A DNA stretch of 64,000 nucleotides, from the NCBI GenBank assembly GCA_046346705.1, contig JAXMHR010000014.1, positions 84,106 to 148,105 of the forward strand. The letters are read 5' to 3'. Every line of letters starts with the position of its first letter. The stretch's first letter is position 1. Source of the DNA: Verrucomicrobiota bacterium. Lineage in GTDB: Bacteria > Verrucomicrobiota > Verrucomicrobiia > Limisphaerales > UBA9464. The translations under genes were made by a program, and so were the position numbers. A model generated the notes under the pieces. That model saw nothing but the letters and a program-made list of their open reading frames with translations, had not been told where the DNA came from and did no database searches. Shown in pieces: positions 51,093 to 60,743 of this stretch.

Positions 51093-52625
51093 ATGGCGTT
51101 TGAATCGTTCGGCGACTGGATCCGGCAACTCGAGGAGGCCGGGGAGTTGAGGCGGATCCGCGAGCCGGTGGCCACGGAACTCGAAATCACCGCCATCGCC
51201 GACCGTGAGATGAAGCGTCCGGGCGGCGGCCAGGCGCTGCTGTTCGAGAAACCCACGGTGAATGGCGTGGTTTCCCCGTTCCCGGTCGCCATCAATACGC
51301 TGGGATCCTGGAGCCGGATGGCGCGGAGCATGGGATCCGAGTCCGTGGACACCGTCGCCGCGGAACTGGGCGCGCTGGTCAAGGCGAAGCCCCCCTCCGA
51401 CCTCCGCGAGGCGCTGCGGTTGTTGTCCCTCGGACTCGACCTCCGATTCGCGCGTCCCCGGACGGTGTCGCGCGGTGCCTGCCAGGACATCGTTCATCGC
51501 TTCGACGCTCCGGCGACGCGCACCGAACCCTGGCCGGCGGCTCCGGTGATTTCCGAGAATTCCCCGACGCCGGCGATTGCTTCGCCCACCCTGCTCAACC
51601 TGCCCATCCTGCACTGCTGGCCGCTGGATGGCGGACGCTTTCTCACACTGCCCTGCGTGGTGACGCAGGACCCGGACACCGGCGACCGGAACCTCGGCAT
51701 GTACCGGGTGCAGATCTATGACGATCGCACCACCGGACTGCACTGGCAGTTGCAGAAGGTCGCCGCACGTCATGGGCGGCGGTACTACGAGGCCGGACGG
51801 CGCATGCCCGTGGCCATCTTTCTCGGGGGCGATCCGGTCTTTCCCTTTGCCGCCACCGCACCGCTGCCGGATGGGCTCGATGAATTCCTGCTCGCCGGAT
51901 ACCTGCGGAAGAAATCCATCGAGCTGGTGAAATGCGTGACAAACGAACTCCAGGTTCCCGCCAACGCCGATTTCGTCATCGAGGGCTATGTGGACCCGAA
52001 GGAGCCGCTGCGCGATGAGGGACCGTTCGGGGATCACACCGGGTATTACACGCTGCCCGAGCCGTATCCGGTGTTTCACATCACGGCCATCACTCACCGG
52101 CACGATGCCGTGTATCCGGCGACCATCGTGGGTCGGCCTCCGATGGAGGATTTCTACATCGGGGCCGCGTCGGTGAAGCTCTTCCTGCCGATCTTCCGGA
52201 TGAACTTCCCGGAGATTGTGGACATCGCCCTGCCCGCCGAGGGCGTGTTTCACAACCTCGTCGTCGTGAGCATCCGGAAGACGTATCCGATGCAGGCTTA
52301 CAAGATCATGCACGGCCTTTGGGGCATGGGGCAGATGATGTTCACCAAGTACATCATCGTCGTGGATGCCGGGGTGGACGTGCACAACACGAGCGAGGTG
52401 CTCTTCCATCTGTGCGCCAACACGGATCCGCAGCGGGACAGTGAGTTTGCCCGGGGTCCTGCCGATGTCCTCGATCACGCCACCAGCGAGATTGCAGTCG
52501 GAAGCAAGCTGGGCATCGACGCCACGAAGAAACTCCCCGGAGAGGGCTTCCGACGTCCGTGGCCCCCGCTCATTCGCATGGATCCGGCGGTGGAGGATCG
52601 ACTTCGGTCTTTGGGAAAGCTTTGA
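51093..52625 (+). CDS. UbiD family (prenylated-FMN dependent) decarboxylase
   Basis: ORF track 50829..52625. Start moved to MAFESFGDWIRQLEEAGELRRI (ATG 51093). LLFEKP, NLGMYRVQI, EGPFGDHTGYY, MFTKYIIVVD. Confidence 0.85.
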   Translation: MAFESFGDWIRQLEEAGELRRIREPVATELEITAIADREMKRPGGGQALLFEKPTVNGVVSPFPVAINTLGSWSRMARSMGSESVDTVAAELGALVKAKPPSDLREALRLLSLGLDLRFARPRTVSRGACQDIVHRFDAPATRTEPWPAAPVISENSPTPAIASPTLLNLPILHCWPLDGGRFLTLPCVVTQDPDTGDRNLGMYRVQIYDDRTTGLHWQLQKVAARHGRRYYEAGRRMPVAIFLGGDPVFPFAATAPLPDGLDEFLLAGYLRKKSIELVKCVTNELQVPANADFVIEGYVDPKEPLRDEGPFGDHTGYYTLPEPYPVFHITAITHRHDAVYPATIVGRPPMEDFYIGAASVKLFLPIFRMNFPEIVDIALPAEGVFHNLVVVSIRKTYPMQAYKIMHGLWGMGQMMFTKYIIVVDAGVDVHNTSEVLFHLCANTDPQRDSEFARGPADVLDHATSEIAVGSKLGIDATKKLPGEGFRRPWPPLIRMDPAVEDRLRSLGKL

Positions 52626-54166
52626 TGCGGGTCGCTCCCGTGATGAACACATCTTCGAAGCTTTTCCGCGCCGCTCTGGTTTGGGCGACCGCTACGACTG
52701 CCCTGCTGCATGGCGTCGGGGCGACCCGGACTGTAGCCAACCTCGGGGACGGTCTGGATTCGGGAACGCTTCGGGCGACAATTGCCAAATCCCAGCCGGG
52801 GGACGTGATCGTCTTCGCCAAGGGGCTTCACGGGACGATCACACTGGCGGAGGGAGGGGAACTGCGCATCGACAAGGATCTCACACTGCGCGGTCCTGGA
52901 GCCGGACTCCTGACGGTGAAGGGGAATGGAGTTTCGCGCGTCCTCGTGATCACCAACGCGACCGTGAATCTGTCCGGGCTGACTCTCTCCGGAGGGCATT
53001 TGGTAGGGGCCAACGGACTCGAGCGGGTAGCGGGCGAGGCGGTCTTCGGTGCTGGACTCCTGAACCTGCATTCGGTCGCCGGTTACGTGGTCACGGTGAC
53101 CGATTGCGTGTTCCGCCAGAACTCGGCCGAAGGGGGCGATGGAGGTGGGACTCCGTTTGGAAATGGAGGAATCGGAGGGGGTGCCTATGGCGGTGCCCTG
53201 TTCAACAACGCGGTCCTCCATCTGGGCGGTTGCAGTTTCATTGAGAATTCCGTGACGGGAGGCGTCGGTGGCGCGGGGAATTTCGTGGGCGGAACGGGAG
53301 GACATGCCATCGGAGCTGCGATTTGCAGCACAGGCATTCTCGAAATGAAGAACTGCACGCTGGCGAACTCGCATGCGACCGGAGGACGCGGGGGTGGGGT
53401 GCCTTCCAACCTGCTGACCGTCCCGGGTGCGGGCGGGAATGCGGAAGGGGGCGGAGTCTATTCATCCGGCCAGCTCGCCATTCAGTCCTGCACCGTGTCG
53501 GGCGCCGTGTTGACGGGAGGGTTGGGGGGAGCTGGGGGAGTGTCGGATGGAGTTTCCGGCGGATCGTTTGGGGGCGGGATCCGGGTCGGGGATGGCTCCG
53601 CGGAGATCGGAAACACCCTGGTCGCCGGGAATACGGGCCAGGATGCCCCGGAGGTCTCGGGAACATTCGTTTCCCGCGGATTCAATCTGGTCGGTGCGGT
53701 GGACGGGTCCACCGGCTTTACTCAGACGACGGACCAGAAGGGCACCGTGCTGACTCCGCTCAATCCTCGATTGGGTCCGCTCGATGATCATCTCGGACCT
53801 ACCCCCACCTATTCGCTCCTGGCCGACAGTCCGGCCGTCGATCGGGGCTTCGCCTTTGGTGAATCCGTGGACCAGCGCGGGGCACCCCGTCCCTCGGACG
53901 TCGCTTCCATTCCGAATGTCGGGGACGGCACGGACATTGGCGCGCACGAATGGGTCCAGCCGCACCTCGCCATCTCCGCCATTCCCGGTTCCGTGGTCGT
54001 GTCGTGGTCAATCTTCACGCCGGGCCAGACGTTGTGGTCTGGTCCGGGGTTGACCGGAACGGGATGGGCCCCGGTGTCCGGTGTCCCGGCGAAGGTTGGA
54101 AGTGGGTACTGGGTCACCAACGTTCCTCCGTCCGGAACCGCCTTTTTCCGCCTGGTGGGACCTTGA
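52625..54166 (+). CDS. exported right-handed beta-helix repeat protein (Pmp/choice-of-anchor-Q-like) with C-terminal FFR-type module
   Basis: ORF track 52559..54166. Start moved to MRVAPVMNTSSKLFRAALVWATATTALL (ATG 52625, TGATG overlap with the UbiD-family stop). Repeated GGA(I/L/V)...N..(L/V) turns. C-terminal VVVSWS...GWAPVSG...GTAFFRLVGP. Confidence 0.65.
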   Translation: MRVAPVMNTSSKLFRAALVWATATTALLHGVGATRTVANLGDGLDSGTLRATIAKSQPGDVIVFAKGLHGTITLAEGGELRIDKDLTLRGPGAGLLTVKGNGVSRVLVITNATVNLSGLTLSGGHLVGANGLERVAGEAVFGAGLLNLHSVAGYVVTVTDCVFRQNSAEGGDGGGTPFGNGGIGGGAYGGALFNNAVLHLGGCSFIENSVTGGVGGAGNFVGGTGGHAIGAAICSTGILEMKNCTLANSHATGGRGGGVPSNLLTVPGAGGNAEGGGVYSSGQLAIQSCTVSGAVLTGGLGGAGGVSDGVSGGSFGGGIRVGDGSAEIGNTLVAGNTGQDAPEVSGTFVSRGFNLVGAVDGSTGFTQTTDQKGTVLTPLNPRLGPLDDHLGPTPTYSLLADSPAVDRGFAFGESVDQRGAPRPSDVASIPNVGDGTDIGAHEWVQPHLAISAIPGSVVVSWSIFTPGQTLWSGPGLTGTGWAPVSGVPAKVGSGYWVTNVPPSGTAFFRLVGP

Positions 54167-54210
54167 AGGAGGTCTGCGCTGGAGCCTGGGGACGGTTCTC
54201 CGTTCCCGGG

Positions 54211-55332
54211 TCAGGCGGATTGCGGGAATTCCACGCTGAAGGTCGCGCCCCGTCCGGGTTCGCTTTCGCACCAGACCCGGCCGTTCATGGCCTCCACCAT
54301 TTTCTTCACGATGGACAATCCCAGGCCGGTCGCGTGCTCGCCTCCGGTGGGCTTGGCGCTCAAGCGGGCGAACTTTCCAAACAGCCGCTTCTGATCCTCG
54401 GCGCTCAACCCCGGACCTTCATCCCGCACGTCGCAGCGAACGCGACCCGACTCGTGGCGCACGCGCACGAGGATGTCCTTGCCCGGAGGCGAGTATTTGA
54501 CGGCGTTGGACACGAGATTTTCCAGGACCTGCACCATCATGTTGGGATCCGCGACGACGGACACCGGACCCGTCTCCCCTTCCAGTCGCAGCGTTTGCTG
54601 CTTGGCCGCGGCCCGCGGTCGCTGAGTCTCGACCACGGACGCCACGAGCGAGGTCATCTCGGTGGGCTCCAGTTGGAGCCGCATCTCGCCTCGCTCGATG
54701 CGATTGGCGTCGAGAAGATTTTGAACCATCTCGGCCATGCGCTTCGCGGTTTCCCGGATGCGCTCGCCATGGCCTTCCAATTCCCGGTGCGCGAGTGCCT
54801 GGGCGTCCTCGACGACCATTTCGGCATACCCCTGGATGGCGCCGAGCGGGTTGCGAAGGTCGTGGGCGGCGATGCCCATGAATTCGTTCTTCTCCTCGTT
54901 CATTTCCCGCAGGCGTTCGCGCGCCTGGCGGAGTTCGATGTGGGTTTGCACGCGCGCGAGCAGCTCCGGCGGATTGAAGGGCTTGGTGACGTAATCCACC
55001 GCCCCCACCTCAAAACCGCGGACGAGGTGCTCCATCTCATTGCTGGCCGTGAGGAAAATGACCGGGATCTGCCGGGTGGCGTCCTCCGCCTTCAACCGGC
55101 GGCAGACCTCGAGGCCGTCCATCTCCGGCATCATCAGGTCGAGCAGGATCAGATCGGGAATCTGGGCGCGCACCCGCTCCAGCGCCTGGGCGCCGCTCGT
55201 GGTGGGCATGACTTCGTATCCGGCGTTCCGGAGCATGGTACCCACCACCTGGAGATTCTTGGTGATGTCGTCCACGACGAGGACCCGAGGCTTGGGTCCG
55301 GGTCCGGCTCCGGGCGGGGAAGCGGGGTTCAT
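54211..55332 (-). CDS. REC-HisKA-HATPase hybrid histidine kinase
   Basis: ORF track 54211..55467. Start moved to MNPASPPGAG (ATG 55332, ATGA overlap with the upstream stop). REC (VLVVDD, DLILLDLMMPEMDG, YVTKPF), H-box IAAHDLRNPL, LVSNAVKYSP, DEGPGL, GLGLSI. Confidence 0.85.
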   Translation of the reverse strand: MNPASPPGAGPGPKPRVLVVDDITKNLQVVGTMLRNAGYEVMPTTSGAQALERVRAQIPDLILLDLMMPEMDGLEVCRRLKAEDATRQIPVIFLTASNEMEHLVRGFEVGAVDYVTKPFNPPELLARVQTHIELRQARERLREMNEEKNEFMGIAAHDLRNPLGAIQGYAEMVVEDAQALAHRELEGHGERIRETAKRMAEMVQNLLDANRIERGEMRLQLEPTEMTSLVASVVETQRPRAAAKQQTLRLEGETGPVSVVADPNMMVQVLENLVSNAVKYSPPGKDILVRVRHESGRVRCDVRDEGPGLSAEDQKRLFGKFARLSAKPTGGEHATGLGLSIVKKMVEAMNGRVWCESEPGRGATFSVEFPQSA

Positions 55333-58300
55333 GAATGGGAGATGCTGGAACCGTGGACCGCGCGAACCATGTCGGGGAATCGCGCGAGGGTTTGGGGCAG
55401 ATGATCCAAATCGAAGTCCTGCGCCTGGCGTTCCAGGGTGTCGGCGTAGGCGGCCAGTTCCGTCCACTGCCCCGCCTCGGCGAGGGTCTTGAGCTTCGCT
55501 GCGAAGCCTTCGATCTCGACGATGGCCATGGTTTGGGTGAGGCGTGGCCAGGTGCCGGATTCCTCCGCCTTTAATTGGGTCAGCAGCTCCGGCCGACGCG
55601 CCGCAACCTCCGCCGCGACCTCGGTCGTCCCGGAAGCGGGTGCTTGCGGAGTCTGGACTGCGGAAGCTTCTGAAGGCCGCGCTGAAGCCGGCTTCAGAAA
55701 CCGCTTCAACTCCGCAATGAGTTCGGCGCGGTTGAAGGGCTTGCGGATGAATCCGTCGCAGACCTTGCGCGCCCGGGCCTCCTCTTCGCGAAATGAGGAC
55801 GCGGTGATGGCGATGACCGGAATGTTTCGAAGTGCTTCGTTGGCCTTGATCCGCTGGGTTGCCTGGTAGCCGTCCAGCTCGGGCATCCGCATGTCCATCA
55901 GGACGACACTCGGCCGATGCGTCTCCGCCAGGGTCACCGCTTCCCGACCATTCACGGCCAGGAGGATCGTGTGGCCCGTGCCTTCGAAGTACCCGGTGAG
56001 CAGTTCTCGATTCAGCGCGACATCATCGGCGACGAGAATCGTTGCCGGGGCGAACTGGGTGAAGTCGCCCTCGCCTCCCGTGGCGACGGCATCCGACTCG
56101 GCGAGCTGGGTGATCTCCACGCGCGGGAACGTAAACCGGAACGTGCTTCCCTGGCCGGGTTCGCTCTCCACAGTGATGCGACCATGCATCATTTCGGTGA
56201 GCCGCTTGGTGATGGTGAGGCCGAGCCCGGTGCCGCCGAACTTGCGGGTGCTCTGCCCGGCCACCTGGGAGAAGGCCCCGAAAATATGCTCCCGTTGCTC
56301 CTTCGGAATTCCGATGCCGGTGTCCGCTACTTCAAGGATGAGGTTGACGTGGTTTTCGTCCTCCGTGGCGCTGCCTTCCGGAACGCCGTCGCACACGTAG
56401 TCCGCCCGGGCGCGGATTTTAACCTGCCCCTTCTCGGTGAACTTCAGCGCATTGCCCACCACGTTGAACAGGACCTGGCGTAGGCGCACTTCGTCGAGCA
56501 TCAATCCGCGCGGGAGTTTCGGATCCATCTCCACCAGAAGCTGGATTCCCTTCTCGGAGGCCTTGATGGAGAAGAGGCGCTGAATCTCGTCCACGAGCCG
56601 CGGAACGCAGACCGGCTCGTATTGCAGTTCCAGCTTGCCCGCCTCGATCTTGGACAGGTCCAGGATGTCATTGATCAGGGCGAGCAGGGTGCGTCCGCTG
56701 GAGGAAATCGCGTCGAGATAGTTGCGGTCCTTGGACGCCGCCATCTGGGTGCGGAGCAGTTCGGAGAATCCGAGGATCGCGTTCATCGGCGTGCGGATCT
56801 CGTGGCTCATGTTCGCCAGGAATTCGCTCTTCGCCGCGTTGGCGGCTTCCGCCTGGGCGCGGGCGCTGTCGGCGGCGGCCCGCGCCGCCTCCAATTGCGC
56901 GTTCTTTGCCTCGATCTCCGCCCGGGCCTGTTCGGCCGCCTTGCGGGCGTCATGTTCCTCACGCAGCAATTGTTCCCGGAGCTGCTCCGCCTCGCGCTTT
57001 CGGCGGAGGACGAGTGAGCGGGCCACGAAGGCCCAGCCCACGAGACCCAGCGCCAGTCCGCCGCCCGGCACGGTGATGAAGGCGTTGGCGAACCAGGGGG
57101 CGACCACACTGAGGGTCACCCGCGCCGGTTCGGAATAGTTCAGGTCGCGGTCGATTTCCTGGACGAAGAAGGTGTAGTCGCCCGGGGTTTTGGGATTCCA
57201 GTCGAACTGCGTCGCGAGCGTCGGCTCACGCCAGGCCGCGTCCCGTTTTGCTGGTGCGGTCTCGGCCTTCCCCGGCACCACGGCGCATCGGTACAACCGC
57301 CGCGAGGGCTGCGTTCTGAAATCCACGGCATCGTAGCGGAACCCGACCAGTTGTCCGGACGTGATCGGGGGAATCTTCTCCGCGCTGGTGCGCTCCTGGT
57401 CGGTCTTCACCGTCAACCGCGGCCGGGGCTGCGGTCTTCGATGGGGACGGTAGCAACAGACCCCTTTGGTCGTACCGATCCAATAGGCGTCGTCCCGGCC
57501 TTGGGTGACGGTCATCACAAACAACTCGGGCAGGCCGTCCCCGTCATCGAGCCACGACCAGGAGATCCCGTCATAGCGGAACAATCCGGAGTCCGTGGCA
57601 AACCACAGCACGTCGTCGCGGTCCCGGAGAATCTGGAAAACGGTTCCTCGCGGCACGGTGCGGTCCGAGGTGCCTTCCAGTACCGAAAAGTTTGTTCCGT
57701 CGTACCGGGCGAGCCCCGCCGAAGTGCCGATGTAGAGCCTTCCGTCCTTCCCTTCCTGGAAACACCAAACCGAGTCGGACGGCAGGCCGCCCGCCGTCGT
57801 TGCGGCTGAAAAATGTCGGACCTCAGTTCCCCGAACTTGGGACAGTCCGTCCGGACGATAACGTCCCGCGGTCCAGAGGACGCCATGGGAATCCCCATAG
57901 ATCGTTGTGACCCAGTTCGAGAGTCCTGGAATCTTTTCGACCGTTGCCTTCCCAGCCCAGAGGTCATCCAGGTTTACCCGGTGCAGCCCCCTCTCGATCT
58001 TCCCGATCCAGAGCGTGCTCTTGGCATCAATGTGGAAGCCCCAGTTCGGTCCCGGAAACAAGGATGACGCATCGGGTGGTTGGAGATAGGGGGAGTGGTC
58101 GGGTCCTGCCTTCTTGGGAGAGTGGTAATAGATTCCCCCCAGGGAGGGTTCCCCGCCCAGCCATAGCCCTCCGTCTTTGTCGGGCAGGAGGGCGTACACC
58201 TCCGTTTTGTCGAATCCGTCGGACCGGGCATCGACGATGTGCCGTTCCCCCGGCGCGAACGGTCCCGGTTTCAAACGGGCCAGGTAGCCGGCGCCGTAGT

Positions 58301-60680
58301 CCCCGGAAAACCAGAGCGTACCGTCCAGGGTTGCGGCGCTGCGAAACGTCGAGTCGCTGGGCAGACCATCCGCTTTACCGAAATTCACGAAGGTGTCCTC
58401 TTCGTATCGGAAAAGCCCGGAGATCGTGGCAATCCACAGGGCTCCGTCGGGTCCGGTACAGATCCGGGTCGCTGCGGTGGTCGAGGACAGGGCGTCCTTT
58501 CTCCCTCCGATCCGGGTGAAGGTATGGAGGATCGGATCGAACCGGGTCACCCCTCCGGCACTGTCTCCGATCCATAGGATCCCCTTGGGATCGGAATGGA
58601 TGGTCGAAACGAAGAGTTCGATGGCGCTTTCCTGAGACGAATAGGCAACTCCGCTCTCGAGGGGGAGAAGAAACTCGAGTCCCTGTCCAGCGTACCGGGC
58701 GATGGGAGCCCCGCGGACCGTTGGGTTCGAAATCCATAGGGCACCGTTGGCGGCTGCTTCGATTGAAGATCCGCGGATCGCCTTCCGCTCGACATCGGCA
58801 GCTTCCACCACGGAATTCCCTTCGACCCGCCACAAACCCTCTTCCGGAGTGGAAGTCCACACTCGGCCTTTGGGATCCACTCCGAGGGTTTGATAAAAGG
58901 GGCGCGAGCCAATCTCGGATGGGGGAAGTCCCAGGATGCCTTCAAATCTGCCATCAGTGAAGCGGGACAACCCGTGTTGGGTTCTGAACCAGAGCGTGCC
59001 GTCCGGCGTGGAGGCAATGGCGGAGACAGGTCCTGCCGTGAGGCCATCGGTTCCGCTGGGGAAGTTTTTAAATGCCTGAGTGATGGGATCCAAACGAGAG
59101 ACCCCTTTTAGGGTTCCAATCCAAAGCGCGCCATCCGGACCGGGATGGATGGAGGTCACTCGCTTGTCCATGAGGCCATCGCGTTCCGAAAAGTTGATGA
59201 ACCTTGAACCGTCGAAATGGGAGAGTCCGGACGGCGTGGCGAGCCAAAGGGTCCCATCAGCGGAAAAGCACAGATCGCCAATTTGATTGGCCGGCAATCC
59301 ATTGCCGGTGGTGTAGCGGCGCCAGCGGCCCTTGCGGAACGGCGCGATCTGGAAGTCCGCCGTCCGGGTTTGACCAGCCTCCACGTGCAGGATCTCGCCC
59401 TGATGGTATTCCAGTTGTCCTTCCGGAACGTGGATTCGAACCCGGTAATCCCCGGGACGGAGATTCAGAAGGCGAAATACGGCGGTCCCGTTGGTGAATG
59501 TGGTCAGGGCGGTGGCCGCGAGTCCGGGGGTCGCCAGACGTCCCGCCGCCCGGGGCGGTGCGTCGGCCCGCACAGCTTGCACCAGCACCTCGGGGAACGG
59601 GGATCCATCGAAGGCCATGACTTTGCCCTCGATGCTCACGGCACGGACGAGGGTGGCGTTCACCTCCCGGCTCCCGCCGCCGGGGCACGTGACGCCCGAG
59701 ACCCAGGTCCCGAGATCCCCCGCGGTCGCCTGAATATCGAAGGCGCTTTGGTTCCGCTCGGGGCGGATCGCCTTCAGAAAGGTGCCGTCCGCAAGGGTGG
59801 ATGCGTGCGCCAACTCGGCTTCCTGACGCAGCAGCCGGACCGTTCCGTTGGGCAGGGGCTTCCCGGCTTCATCTTGAAGACGTCCGAAGATGACCGCGGG
59901 GCGACCCAGGGTGGCGGGGGTAGGCAGGGACGCCTCGGCGATCCGGGCGTTGCCGACGAGCTTACCATGGTGGGCTCCGGGAGAGAGGTCCCTCACCACA
60001 CCGTTGTTCATCGAGTCGAATGTCCATAATCCCGCAAGCCCCGGCTCATTGCCGGTCAGCCGGCGGAACAGGTCCGCATTGATCTCCGATTCGGTCCGCG
60101 CGCGGTTCCAGATCCGGATTTCGTCCATCGCCCCGGAAAATTTGGTCGGCGTGTCATTGGTGGTGACCGTCTGGCCGAGGTAATTGCGGGTGCCGTTTCG
60201 AAATCCGGAAAAGCTGCCGGGGTAGGGGTTGGTGCCGACGAGGACCCCATTGTAGTAGAGGCGCATCCCGCCTTTGCCCGAGACAGCCGCGATGTGGCAC
60301 CACTCGTTGGTGCGGAGGACATCCTCCACATCCACCCAATGCAGGTCGGCCAAGTTTCCGGAGGGATCGGCCACCACGAAGCGAAGGGTCCCCGTGCCGT
60401 GCTCCGCAAACACCGACATGTCGCCCAGGGCGCCGCCATAGTTGAACAGCCGCTTTTCGGCCCCGGCAAAACTGTCCCATCGGACCCATCCTTCCACCGT
60501 CGCCTCCTCGAAGGTGTTGAACAGGTTCGGAGGCAGCTCCACGAAGGCCCCGTTGCCCTCGAGTTCCAGGACGCGGTTGGCAGGAGCGGCAGGCTGGGCG
60601 CGGAGGAGTTGAAGCGGAACCAGCAACAGGAGCGCCAGGAGAGCGAGTGGCCGAACCGAATTTCTTCCCGTGGGCTGCAT
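55329..60680 (-). CDS. giant hybrid sensor kinase: LamG-like + CarboxypepD_reg-like + two-component-regulator propeller repeats + Y_Y_Y + TM + HisKA/HATPase + REC + HPt-like
   Basis: 1783 aa. Signal peptide. LamG-type MDEIRIWNRARTESEI. Many Reg_prop-type repeats (…G.LW(I/F)(A/G)T..GL.R(F/Y)D). TM FITVPGGGLALGLVGWAFVA. H-box ANMSHEIRTPMNAILG. FNVVGNALKFT, DTGIGIP, GTGLGL. REC (ILVADD, VVLMDMRMPELDG, FIRKPF). C-terminal helical HPt-like segment. Confidence 0.85.
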   Translation of the reverse strand: MQPTGRNSVRPLALLALLLLVPLQLLRAQPAAPANRVLELEGNGAFVELPPNLFNTFEEATVEGWVRWDSFAGAEKRLFNYGGALGDMSVFAEHGTGTLRFVVADPSGNLADLHWVDVEDVLRTNEWCHIAAVSGKGGMRLYYNGVLVGTNPYPGSFSGFRNGTRNYLGQTVTTNDTPTKFSGAMDEIRIWNRARTESEINADLFRRLTGNEPGLAGLWTFDSMNNGVVRDLSPGAHHGKLVGNARIAEASLPTPATLGRPAVIFGRLQDEAGKPLPNGTVRLLRQEAELAHASTLADGTFLKAIRPERNQSAFDIQATAGDLGTWVSGVTCPGGGSREVNATLVRAVSIEGKVMAFDGSPFPEVLVQAVRADAPPRAAGRLATPGLAATALTTFTNGTAVFRLLNLRPGDYRVRIHVPEGQLEYHQGEILHVEAGQTRTADFQIAPFRKGRWRRYTTGNGLPANQIGDLCFSADGTLWLATPSGLSHFDGSRFINFSERDGLMDKRVTSIHPGPDGALWIGTLKGVSRLDPITQAFKNFPSGTDGLTAGPVSAIASTPDGTLWFRTQHGLSRFTDGRFEGILGLPPSEIGSRPFYQTLGVDPKGRVWTSTPEEGLWRVEGNSVVEAADVERKAIRGSSIEAAANGALWISNPTVRGAPIARYAGQGLEFLLPLESGVAYSSQESAIELFVSTIHSDPKGILWIGDSAGGVTRFDPILHTFTRIGGRKDALSSTTAATRICTGPDGALWIATISGLFRYEEDTFVNFGKADGLPSDSTFRSAATLDGTLWFSGDYGAGYLARLKPGPFAPGERHIVDARSDGFDKTEVYALLPDKDGGLWLGGEPSLGGIYYHSPKKAGPDHSPYLQPPDASSLFPGPNWGFHIDAKSTLWIGKIERGLHRVNLDDLWAGKATVEKIPGLSNWVTTIYGDSHGVLWTAGRYRPDGLSQVRGTEVRHFSAATTAGGLPSDSVWCFQEGKDGRLYIGTSAGLARYDGTNFSVLEGTSDRTVPRGTVFQILRDRDDVLWFATDSGLFRYDGISWSWLDDGDGLPELFVMTVTQGRDDAYWIGTTKGVCCYRPHRRPQPRPRLTVKTDQERTSAEKIPPITSGQLVGFRYDAVDFRTQPSRRLYRCAVVPGKAETAPAKRDAAWREPTLATQFDWNPKTPGDYTFFVQEIDRDLNYSEPARVTLSVVAPWFANAFITVPGGGLALGLVGWAFVARSLVLRRKREAEQLREQLLREEHDARKAAEQARAEIEAKNAQLEAARAAADSARAQAEAANAAKSEFLANMSHEIRTPMNAILGFSELLRTQMAASKDRNYLDAISSSGRTLLALINDILDLSKIEAGKLELQYEPVCVPRLVDEIQRLFSIKASEKGIQLLVEMDPKLPRGLMLDEVRLRQVLFNVVGNALKFTEKGQVKIRARADYVCDGVPEGSATEDENHVNLILEVADTGIGIPKEQREHIFGAFSQVAGQSTRKFGGTGLGLTITKRLTEMMHGRITVESEPGQGSTFRFTFPRVEITQLAESDAVATGGEGDFTQFAPATILVADDVALNRELLTGYFEGTGHTILLAVNGREAVTLAETHRPSVVLMDMRMPELDGYQATQRIKANEALRNIPVIAITASSFREEEARARKVCDGFIRKPFNRAELIAELKRFLKPASARPSEASAVQTPQAPASGTTEVAAEVAARRPELLTQLKAEESGTWPRLTQTMAIVEIEGFAAKLKTLAEAGQWTELAAYADTLERQAQDFDLDHLPQTLARFPDMVRAVHGSSISHS

Positions 60681-60743
60681 TGGGTGCAGTCAACCACTGG
60701 AGGCCCCGGGGGGAAAGCGGAACCACCCTTTGGACAGGGAGCG

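Noticed and set aside
59431-59445. TGGATTCGAACCCGG, the reverse complement of a tRNA T-arm-like GGTTCGAATCC, raising the possibility of a minus-strand tRNA.
   Set aside because: The flanking bases do not form the T-stem (CCGGG would need CCCGG, and CCACG is found). No acceptor or anticodon arms are evident. The site lies inside the uninterrupted 1783-aa kinase ORF.
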